DNA of 64,000 nucleotides from an uncultured Flavobacteriaceae bacterium (GTDB lineage Bacteria; Pseudomonadota; Alphaproteobacteria; Micropepsales; Micropepsaceae). Position numbers and translations under genes: made by a program. The notes under the pieces were generated by a model. The model saw only the letters and a list, made by a program, of their open reading frames with translations, was not told the origin of the DNA and made no database searches. Where the stretch lies: contig CAZLRW010000002.1 of NCBI GenBank assembly GCA_964561925.1, positions 7,882-71,881 of the forward strand. Reading direction: 5' to 3'. This document shows, in pieces, positions 21,204 to 29,121 of the stretch (the first letter of the stretch is position 1; the number at the start of each line of letters is the position of its first letter).

Positions 21204-21457
21204 GGGGCCGCCTGACCCCTCCTCCGCATCATCACATCGAGCCGGTGGCGCACTTCCTCCTCATCGAAGTCCTCGCCGGTCTTTTCGAACTCGGCAAGTC
21301 GCGCAAGTTCAATCGTCAAGTCGTCGTCGTCTTGCAGCAATTTCTTGATTGCGTCGGTGACGATTTCGGAAGGGGTGCGGTGCGTGTCCGTTGCCAGTCT
21401 TTGGACCGCAGCGTCGAGCTCCGGATCAATTTCGATGGTGCGGACAATCTTATTCAT
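21200..21457 (-). CDS. RHH (CopG/ParD-like) antitoxin
   Basis: MNKIVRTIEIDPELDAAVQRLATDTHRTPSEIVTDAIKKLL followed by an acidic tail. Start chosen at the 13th codon of ORF 21200..21493 (alternative 21469). Confidence 0.7.
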   Translation of the reverse strand: MNKIVRTIEIDPELDAAVQRLATDTHRTPSEIVTDAIKKLLQDDDDLTIELARLAEFEKTGEDFDEEEVRHRLDVMMRRRGQAAP

Positions 21458-21581
21458 GGAATGCAGCATGCCACAGCCTGCGGCGCCCTCCAACCACTCG
21501 GCGTGCGAAAATGGCGCTTCCGAGGCGCGCCTGAATCTGTAGGTTTGGAGCGTTCATGCCATTTATCTTAAGGACCGAGAG

Positions 21582-22253
21582 ATGAAAGTGTCAGAGGCAA
21601 TCAACTCGCGCATCGCCACGCGTGCATTTCTCGACAAACCGGTTCCGGGCGAGGTGTTGCGGCGGATTTTGGAGACGGCGAAGCGGGCGCCTTCGGGCGG
21701 GAATTTGCAGCCCTGGCATGTGTGGGTGCTGGCGGGCGAGCCGATGGTGCGGTTCAAGGCGCTGATCAAGGAGAAGATGGGGGCAGCCCCGCGCGGCGAG
21801 GGGACAGAGTACAGCATCTATCCGCCCGAATTGAAGGAGCCTTACAAGGCGCGGCGCTTCAAGTGCGGCGAGGACATGTACGCCACGATCAATGTCGGGC
21901 GCGAGGACAAGTTCGGGCGGCTTTTGAACTTCGCGCGGAACTTCGAGTTCTTCGGCGCGCCGGCCGCGTTCTTCTTCGCGATCGACCGGCAGATGCAGCA
22001 GGGGCAGTGGGCCGATCTCGGCATGTTCATGCAGTCGATCATGCTGCTCGCGCGCGAGGAGGGTCTGCACACCTGTCCGCAGGAGGCGTGGGCGATTTGG
22101 TACAAAACGGTCGGCGAGTTCTTCTCGATCCCGGGCGAGCTCATGCTTTTTTGCGGGATGGGCATCGGCTTCATGGACGAGGCGCACCCGATCAACGGCT
22201 TGCGCACGGACCGCGCGCCGCTCGAGGAATTCGCGACGTTCGTCGGCGTTTAG
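21582..22253 (+). CDS. Nitroreductase family protein
   Basis: 223 aa, RIATRAFLDKPVP...ILETAKRAPSGGNLQPW. Confidence 0.85.
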   Translation: MKVSEAINSRIATRAFLDKPVPGEVLRRILETAKRAPSGGNLQPWHVWVLAGEPMVRFKALIKEKMGAAPRGEGTEYSIYPPELKEPYKARRFKCGEDMYATINVGREDKFGRLLNFARNFEFFGAPAAFFFAIDRQMQQGQWADLGMFMQSIMLLAREEGLHTCPQEAWAIWYKTVGEFFSIPGELMLFCGMGIGFMDEAHPINGLRTDRAPLEEFATFVGV

Positions 22254-22702
22254 GCCTTTTTCAGCGCGGCTTCTTTTGCGGCGGCCGCGTCGGCCGGGCT
22301 TAGTTCGAGTTCGACGGCGACGCGATCGATCATCATCGTTTCGAGCCGGTGGAGCGTGCCGTCGGCAAGCGCCACATCCCAAAGATGCCTGACGATGTCG
22401 ATCCGCTCGGGCATCGAGTAACCCTTCTTGATCGCCTGGCAGAAGACCCAATTGTCGTAGGTGTTCGCCTGGCGGGCTTCGGCCAGCGCGAACAGCGTGC
22501 GGGCTTGCTCGGCCGGCAGTTTCAGCATCTCGCGCAACAGGCGGATGACGGTGCCCTGCTCCACGGCGTCGTAGTGGCTGTCGAGGCGCGAGGCTTCGAT
22601 CAAGAGGGCCGCCACAGCGACCTGGCGACGTTCGAACGGATCGGGGTTGATCGCGTTCGCTTCCATGCGCTTTTCGAGATAGGCGACGATCTTGTCGAAC
22701 AT
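22250..22702 (-). CDS. TerB-family (tellurite-resistance-like) protein
   Basis: 150 aa. The two-half TerB-like pattern (AAALLIEASRLDSHYDAVE... and RIDIVRHLWDVALADGTLHRLE...) was recognised from memory of the family. Confidence 0.65.
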   Translation of the reverse strand: MFDKIVAYLEKRMEANAINPDPFERRQVAVAALLIEASRLDSHYDAVEQGTVIRLLREMLKLPAEQARTLFALAEARQANTYDNWVFCQAIKKGYSMPERIDIVRHLWDVALADGTLHRLETMMIDRVAVELELSPADAAAAKEAALKKA

Positions 22703-22749
22703 GCGAGTCTAATCCCGTGCGGCTGCCTCGGATTCTCGCACGGCGTCCC

Positions 22750-22783
22750 AAAAAGGCAAAGGGCCGAAGTTTCCTTCGGCCCC
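22750..22783 (-). terminator. Rho-independent terminator after RND paralogue A
   Basis: GGGCCGAAG-tttc-CTTCGGCCC (22761-22782). On the minus strand it is followed by TTTGCCTTTTT. Confidence 0.65.
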
Positions 22784-22801
22784 GGCTTCTTTCGGATTCG
22801 G

Positions 22802-25540
22802 TTACTGCCAGTGGCCGCCGGGCTCCGGGCCGGCGTAGGGCAGTTTCTTGCGTGGGATCAGCGTGTCGATCACGACCGCAAGGCCCGGCAAGGCGGTCAG
22901 CGCCATCACCATGTTCGTGATGAACATGAAGGTCAGCAGCAGGCCCATGTCGGCTTGGAACTTCAGCGGCGAGAATGCCCACGTGGACACGCCGACCGCA
23001 AAGTTGATCGCCGTGAAGACAACGCCGTTGCCCGTTTCCAGCACGGTTTCGGCATAGGCATCGGTGATGTTGACGCCGCGCGACAGGTGATACTGCAACC
23101 GGTTGTAGATGTAGTAGGCATAGTCGATGCCTATGCCGACCACGAGCACGATGACGGGCAGCGTCGACACCTTCAGACCGATGTCGAGCTCCAGCATGAA
23201 GTAGTAGCCGAAGAACGTGGCGTAGGTCAGCGGCAGACAGCAGCCGACCGCCGCGCGCCAGTCGAAGTAGGTGATGTAGGTGAGGAAGATCACAACCGCG
23301 TAGACGATCAAGATCGACGGCAGTTCGTACTCGTGGATCGTCTCGTTGACCGCCGCCGCGACACCCGAATTACCGGAGGCCAGTCGGATGCGGAACGAGT
23401 CCGGCACGCCGTCGACCAATATCATCTGAGCCTTGGCAAACTCGGGCTTGGCGAAAACGGCCGCGATGTCGATCTGCGCCTTGCCGTCGGGGCCGGGCGT
23501 CACGTCGATCGAGGTCGTGGCGCCCTCGATCTTCGCACCGACGATCGCCTTCTCGTCATTCTCAGGCGGCGCTCCGTAGCCTTGAACCGAGAACGATTGC
23601 GGTTTGTCCTTGATCGCAGCCGGCGCCGTGTAGGTGACCGTCGCGACATCGTCGCGCCGGTAGGCCCAAACGCTCGTCGGCTTCGCCGGTTCGCGCCGCG
23701 CTTTGCCGTCGGCCAGGTACTCCGGCGGCATGATCATGTCGGTGTAGTCCTTGCCGGCGGAGAGGACCGGCTCGAAGCCGCGGGCCGCGATCCACTCCTT
23801 CACGGCCGCAACGACATTCTTGATCGTCTCGGCCTTGCCGTCGATCAGGAACACCTGCAACGGCATCAGCGTGCAGTCGACGTCGATCAAGCCCGAAGAG
23901 GGGGGGATCGGGCCGACGGCTTGAACCAGCGCATATTGATTGCGCGGCAAAGCCCGCCATTTGAGGTTGCCTTCGTTCCACCCGGAGGCGATCTGTTTGG
24001 CGGTGAACGGGGCGCTTTGCACGTCGCGCACGCCGTCGACGTTGCGCATGTACCAGCTGAATTCGTTCAAGTAATTCATGCTGCCGTAGTTGATGCAGGC
24101 CTGGGGCGGCGTCTCGACGACGATCGTCATCAGATCGAGGCCGACCGAGAACTTCTCCGAGATAATCCGTGCGTCGACGTTGTAGCGCGCGTTCGGGTGG
24201 AGTTCCGGCGAGCCCGGGTGCAGGTCGCCGATGTGGCGCTCGCCGCTCTTGATGAAGGTGAAGACGAAGAGGCCGAAGAAAACGATCGAAACCGGGAAGG
24301 CGACCGCCGGTTTGCCGAAGACGGCGAGCTTTTTCATGTAACCGAGGCGCTGATCGCGGGCGGCCATTACGCGCTCGCGGTAGTTCTCCGGGAATTTCAT
24401 GTAGGTGACGAGCACCGGCAGCATGACCAGGTTCGTCACGATCTTGAGTGCCGTGCCGATCGAGGCCGTGATCGCAAGTTCCTGAATCTGCGGGATCGGT
24501 ACGATGATGAGCGCCGCGAAGCCTACGACGTCGGTGATGAGCGAGATCGAACCCGGCACCAAGAGGCCGCGGAAGCTCGACCGGCCGGCGCGCTCGGCAT
24601 TCGAGCCGTGCGCGAGTTCGGCCGTGATCATATTGAGCTGCTGAACGCCGTGACTGGTACCAATGGCGAAGACCAAAAACGGCACGAGAATGGCGAGCGG
24701 GTCGAGGCCGAAACCGAACAGCGTGAGCATACCGAACTGCCACACGACCGAGGTCGCCGAACAGAACACCGTGAGCCACGTCAGCTTCCAATCGCGGCAA
24801 TAGAAGTAGAGCGAGAGGACCGTCAGGATGAACGCGAGAGCGAAGAACGGCGGCGCGGACTCGATGCCGCCTTTGGCGATGTCGGAAATGTTCTTGGCGA
24901 AGCCGATGATGTGGACTTCGAGGCCGTCCTTCTCGAACTTCTGACGGATCTTCTGCTCGAGTTCCTCGCCGAGGGCGATGTAGTCGAGCCTCTGCTGCGT
25001 CGCCGGATCGAACTCGAGGAGTTCGGTCACGACGAGCGAGGCGGTGAAGTCGTTCGACACCAAGCGGCCGACGAGATTGCCCTTCAGAACGTCGTTCTTC
25101 AGCTGCTTGATCGCGACGCCTTCCATTTCGTCGGGCGTGATCTTGCCCGGGATCACGTCGCGCGCGGAGATGCCTTCCTCGTTGATCTCCAGAATGCGCG
25201 TGTTCGGCGTCCAAAGACTCGTGACGGTGCGGCGGTCGACGCCCGGCAGATAGAAGATGTCCTGCGTGATGTCGTTCAGGGTCTTCAGGAACTGCTTGTC
25301 CCAGATGTCGCCCTTCGTGTTGCGCAGCACGATGATGACGCGGTTCGCGCCGAACAGGCGGTCCTGGTACTCGCGAAACGTCTCGATGTACTCGTGGTCC
25401 GTCGGCAAGCCTTTGAAGAAGCCCGCGTCCATGCGCAGCTTCGTCGCCTGGTAGCCCATGACGATCGTGAGGAGGGCGAGCGCCGCAAGCAGAAGAACGC
25501 GCCCACGGAAGAAAATGGTTTCGAGAAAAGTGATGATCAC
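22802..25540 (-). CDS. RND-superfamily exporter, MMPL / sterol-sensing-domain type (paralogue A)
   Basis: 912 aa, GTG start. Two blocks of TM helices, each preceded by a large soluble loop. Motifs: FGANRVIIV, PGVDRRTVTSLWTPN, LDPLAILVPFLVFAIGTSHGVQQLN. No MFP or OMF gene nearby. Confidence 0.85.
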   Translation of the reverse strand: MIITFLETIFFRGRVLLLAALALLTIVMGYQATKLRMDAGFFKGLPTDHEYIETFREYQDRLFGANRVIIVLRNTKGDIWDKQFLKTLNDITQDIFYLPGVDRRTVTSLWTPNTRILEINEEGISARDVIPGKITPDEMEGVAIKQLKNDVLKGNLVGRLVSNDFTASLVVTELLEFDPATQQRLDYIALGEELEQKIRQKFEKDGLEVHIIGFAKNISDIAKGGIESAPPFFALAFILTVLSLYFYCRDWKLTWLTVFCSATSVVWQFGMLTLFGFGLDPLAILVPFLVFAIGTSHGVQQLNMITAELAHGSNAERAGRSSFRGLLVPGSISLITDVVGFAALIIVPIPQIQELAITASIGTALKIVTNLVMLPVLVTYMKFPENYRERVMAARDQRLGYMKKLAVFGKPAVAFPVSIVFFGLFVFTFIKSGERHIGDLHPGSPELHPNARYNVDARIISEKFSVGLDLMTIVVETPPQACINYGSMNYLNEFSWYMRNVDGVRDVQSAPFTAKQIASGWNEGNLKWRALPRNQYALVQAVGPIPPSSGLIDVDCTLMPLQVFLIDGKAETIKNVVAAVKEWIAARGFEPVLSAGKDYTDMIMPPEYLADGKARREPAKPTSVWAYRRDDVATVTYTAPAAIKDKPQSFSVQGYGAPPENDEKAIVGAKIEGATTSIDVTPGPDGKAQIDIAAVFAKPEFAKAQMILVDGVPDSFRIRLASGNSGVAAAVNETIHEYELPSILIVYAVVIFLTYITYFDWRAAVGCCLPLTYATFFGYYFMLELDIGLKVSTLPVIVLVVGIGIDYAYYIYNRLQYHLSRGVNITDAYAETVLETGNGVVFTAINFAVGVSTWAFSPLKFQADMGLLLTFMFITNMVMALTALPGLAVVIDTLIPRKKLPYAGPEPGGHWQ

Positions 25541-25823
25541 GCGACGGCCGCCTCTGGAACGATCGATACCAAGGGGGAGCCGGCGGCTTGGGCGCGGAAC
25601 AAGCGTCCAACGCTAGTCTCGGCACAACAACCCACGAAATCCCCCCGGGGCAGTCCGATCTACCGCACCCCCGCTTAAGACGGGGTTCAACGCCGCAGTC
25701 CCGGGTTGCCTTCCGGTCCATGTTTTTGTCATAGGCGCGATTACGTCAAGCGGTTCGGTGTTGCGCGCGTGCATCTGACGCGCGGATGAGGGGCGCCAGC
25801 GCGCTTTGCGCTTTTCCATAATT

Positions 25824-25850
25824 AAATGGGGGCCATTGTGGCCCCCATTT
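25824..25850 (-). terminator. Rho-independent terminator after RND paralogue B
   Basis: AAATGGGGGCC-attgt-GGCCCCCATTT, a perfect 11-bp stem 8 nt beyond the stop. On the minus strand it is followed by TTTAATTAT. Confidence 0.65.
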
Positions 25851-25857
25851 TCGAAGC

Positions 25858-28599
25858 TTAGTGCCAGTGGCCGCCCGGCTCGGGGCCCGGATAGGGAAGC
25901 TTTTTGCGCGGCAGCAGGGTGTCCATTACGACGGCAATGCCAGGTAGGGCCGTCAGAGCCATCGCCATGTTCGTGATGAACATGAACGTCATGAGAAGAC
26001 CCATGTCGGCTTGGAACTTCAGCGGCGAGAACGTCCAGGTCGAAACGCCGACCGCGAAGTTCAGCGCCGTGAAGAAGATGCCGTTGCCCGTCTCGAGGAT
26101 CGTCTCTTGATAGGCCTCGCTGATGTTGACGCCTCGCGATAGGTGATACTGGAGGCGGTTGTAAATGTAATACGCATAGTCGACACCGACACCGACCACG
26201 AGCACGATCACCGGCAGCGTCGACACCTTCAGGCCGATGTCGAGTTCAAGCATGAAGAAGTAGCCGAAGAACGTGGAGAACAAGAGCGGCAGCATGCAAC
26301 CGACGGCGGCGCGCCAGTCGAAGTACGTGACGTAGGTCAGGAACAGCACCATCGCGTACACGATCAGCGTCGAGGGGCCCTCGTACCACTCGATCGTCTG
26401 GTTGACGGCGGCGGTCACGCCCGAGTTGCCGGACGCCATGCGGGTCGTGAAGGAGTCGGGAACACCGTCGAGCACGAAGAGTTCGGCGTCCTTGAACTCC
26501 GGCTTCGAGATGACCGGGACGAGGTCGACCTTCGCCGTGCCGTCTTCGCCCGGCGACACCTCGACGCTGCCTTCGGCGCCGGCGACGACGTCGCCCACGA
26601 GACCACGCAATTGTTCGTTGCCCTCGGGCGGCCGTTTGTAGCCCTTCACGGTGAAGACTTGCTTCTGGCCTTTGAGCTGCTGCGGCGGCGTGTAGACGAG
26701 GTTCTGGGCCTCTTCGCGCGTTACCGTCCAAGTCGACGTCGGTTTCGCAGGTTCGCGGCGCGGTTTGCCGTCGGCCAGGAACTCCGGCGGCATGATGCGG
26801 TCGCCGTTGTTGCGGCCGGCCGACAGGATCGGCGTGAAGCCGCGCGCGGCCATCCACTCTTCAACTTTCTCGACGACGCCTTCGATCGTCGTCGCCTTGC
26901 CGTCGACCAGGAACACCTGCAGCGGCAGAAGCGTACAATCGACGTCGATCAGGCCGGACGACGAGGGGATCGGGCCAACGGCCTGGACCAGCGCGTAGGT
27001 GTTGCGCGGCAGCGCGCGCCATTTGAGATTGCCTTCGTTCCAACCGGCGGCGATCTGCTTGGCGGTGAACGGCGCGCTCTGCACTTCGCGCACGCCGTCG
27101 ACGTTGCGCATGTACCAGCTGAACTCGTTCAGATAGTTCATCGACGCGTAGTTGATGCAGGCTTGCGGCGGCGTTTCGACGACGATCGTGAAGAGGTCGA
27201 GGCCGACCGAGAATTTCTCCGAAATTACGCGGGCGTCCACGTTGTAGCGCGCGTCGGGGCGCAATTCCGGCGAGCCGGGATGCAGGTCGCCGACGTGACG
27301 CTCGAGGCTCGCGAAGATCGCGCCCACGAACATGACGAGGAACGCGAAGGTCAGCGGGAATGCGACTTTCGGCGTGCCGAACACGCCCAGTTTCTTCATG
27401 AAGTTCAGGCGCGCGTCGCGGGCGCGGGTGATGCGCTCGCGGTAGCCGTCGTCGTACGTGAAGTAGGACGCGATGACGGGCAGCATGATCAGGTTCGTGA
27501 TGATCTTCAGCGCCGTGCCGATCGAGGCGGTGACCGCGAGTTCCTTGATCTGGGGGATCGGAACCACGAACAGCGCGGCAAAGCCGACGACCGCGGTCAC
27601 GAGCGAGAGCGATCCCGGGATCAAGAGGCCGCGGAAGCTCGATCGTGCGGCACCCTCGGGCGATGTGCCGTACGAGAGTTCCGAGGTCATCATGTTCAAT
27701 TGCTGGACGCCATGACTGGTGCCGATCGCGAACACCAAGAACGGCACGAGAATCGCGAGCGGGTCGAGGCCGTAGCCGAGCACGGTCAACAGGCCGAATT
27801 GCCAGACGACCGAGGTCAACGAACAGCCGACGGTGAGCCAGGTCAGCTTCCAGTTACGGCAATAGAAATAGACGGCAAGCACCGTCAGTACGAATGCCAG
27901 ACCGAAGAAGAGCGGCGCCGATTCGATGCCGCCCTTCGCGATGTCGGAGATGTTCTTCGCGAAGCCGATAATGTGGATCTCGAACGGATCCTTCTCGAAC
28001 TTCTGGCGTATCTTCGACTCCAGCTCCTCGCCCAACTTGATGTAGTTCAGTTTTTCGCCGGATGCGGGGTCGAATTCGAGCAACTCGGCGACGATCAGCG
28101 AGGCCGTGAAATCGTTCGAGACGAGGCGGCCGACGAGATTGCCCTTCAGAACGTCGTTCTTCAGCTGCTTGATCGCGGCGCCTTCGATTTCGTCGGGCGT
28201 GATCTTGCCCGGAATGACGTCGCGGGCCGATATGCCCTCTTCCGTGATCTCGAGAATGCGGGTGTTCGGCGTCCAGAGGCTGGTGACCGTGCGGCGGTCG
28301 ACGCCGGGCAAATAGAAGACGTCTTGCGTGACGTCGTTCAGCGTCTTCAGGAACTGCTTGTTCCAGATGTCGCCCTTCGTGTTGCGGACGACGATGATGA
28401 TGCGGTTCGCGCCGAACAGTTTGTCCTGATACTCGAAGAACGTGTCGATGTAGGGGTGGTGTTCCGGCAGGCCTTTGTAGAAGCCCGCATCCATCCGCAG
28501 CTTCGTCGCTTCGTAGCCGAGCACGATGGTCGTGAGCGCGATGAGCGCCAGGACGATGACGCGGCCGCGGAAGAAGATCGTCTCGAGAAAGCGGATCAT
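25858..28599 (-). CDS. RND-superfamily exporter, MMPL / sterol-sensing-domain type (paralogue B)
   Basis: 913 aa, ATG start with AGGAG upstream. Collinear with paralogue A from MIRFLETIFFRGRV to PEPGGHWH. Confidence 0.85.
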   Translation of the reverse strand: MIRFLETIFFRGRVIVLALIALTTIVLGYEATKLRMDAGFYKGLPEHHPYIDTFFEYQDKLFGANRIIIVVRNTKGDIWNKQFLKTLNDVTQDVFYLPGVDRRTVTSLWTPNTRILEITEEGISARDVIPGKITPDEIEGAAIKQLKNDVLKGNLVGRLVSNDFTASLIVAELLEFDPASGEKLNYIKLGEELESKIRQKFEKDPFEIHIIGFAKNISDIAKGGIESAPLFFGLAFVLTVLAVYFYCRNWKLTWLTVGCSLTSVVWQFGLLTVLGYGLDPLAILVPFLVFAIGTSHGVQQLNMMTSELSYGTSPEGAARSSFRGLLIPGSLSLVTAVVGFAALFVVPIPQIKELAVTASIGTALKIITNLIMLPVIASYFTYDDGYRERITRARDARLNFMKKLGVFGTPKVAFPLTFAFLVMFVGAIFASLERHVGDLHPGSPELRPDARYNVDARVISEKFSVGLDLFTIVVETPPQACINYASMNYLNEFSWYMRNVDGVREVQSAPFTAKQIAAGWNEGNLKWRALPRNTYALVQAVGPIPSSSGLIDVDCTLLPLQVFLVDGKATTIEGVVEKVEEWMAARGFTPILSAGRNNGDRIMPPEFLADGKPRREPAKPTSTWTVTREEAQNLVYTPPQQLKGQKQVFTVKGYKRPPEGNEQLRGLVGDVVAGAEGSVEVSPGEDGTAKVDLVPVISKPEFKDAELFVLDGVPDSFTTRMASGNSGVTAAVNQTIEWYEGPSTLIVYAMVLFLTYVTYFDWRAAVGCMLPLLFSTFFGYFFMLELDIGLKVSTLPVIVLVVGVGVDYAYYIYNRLQYHLSRGVNISEAYQETILETGNGIFFTALNFAVGVSTWTFSPLKFQADMGLLMTFMFITNMAMALTALPGIAVVMDTLLPRKKLPYPGPEPGGHWH

Positions 28600-29030
28600 T
28601 GGACTCGTCTACTCCTGCACGCGGCCGGCGGCGGCGTTGGTTGTCGTTCGATCGGCGGCGCGGGCGATCGGAGATTCCGGGTCGCGGCGGCTGGAAATTT
28701 GAACGGGTGAGCGCGATGGCGGGTTCGGGCAACGCGCGGGCGCAATTCGGCCGGTCACTGCTCTTCCCCTTCCCACGCGGTGCCTTTCGGCGACCAATGA
28801 CATCCCCCGGGGCAGCGCGGGCGGCCTCTTTGGGCGCTCCATTCCCCCGCGATGTCCCTACCACGATTCAGACATTGCGCGAACACACACAGGGACGCAA
28901 AAAACGAACACTCTTGTTGCTGTCAGGCGACCTGTCATTCGAGCAACGCGGATTTCGCGTTATGGTTGTGCAGACGATAACCACATCGTCATTAAGGCTG
29001 CTCTAACGTCGACATGGCCATAGTCGAACC

Positions 29031-29067
29031 TGACGATCACGTCACATTTAAGTTGACGTGTGCGTCA
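29031..29067. promoter_or_regulatory. Two tandem 14-bp palindromes TGACG-N4-CGTCA (operator-like) upstream of the di-iron protein gene
   Basis: TGACGatcaCGTCA (29031-29044) and TGACGtgtgCGTCA (29054-29067), centres 23 bp apart, 55-90 nt upstream of ATG 29122. Confidence 0.45.
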
Positions 29068-29121
29068 TTTTCTCTAAGGTGGTTAGGTCCGACTTTTTCG
29101 AACCGGTGGGAGTTTGATCCA

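Noticed and set aside
22349-25678. A 1109-aa ORF on the plus strand, the longest ORF in the window.
   Set aside because: It lies exactly antisense to RND paralogue A. It has an Arg/Asp/Gly/His-rich, low-complexity composition and no recognisable motifs. This is a typical stop-free shadow frame of a high-GC gene. The same applies to 26143..28710 opposite paralogue B.
28920-28938. A Pho-box-like direct repeat CTGTCAggcgacCTGTCAT in the RND-B / di-iron gene spacer. It would tie the locus to the phosphate regulon.
   Set aside because: The two TGTCA cores are 12 bp apart, not the 11-bp phasing of canonical PhoB sites. It is a single occurrence with no supporting -10 element. This is too weak to call and only worth testing with a PWM or ChIP.
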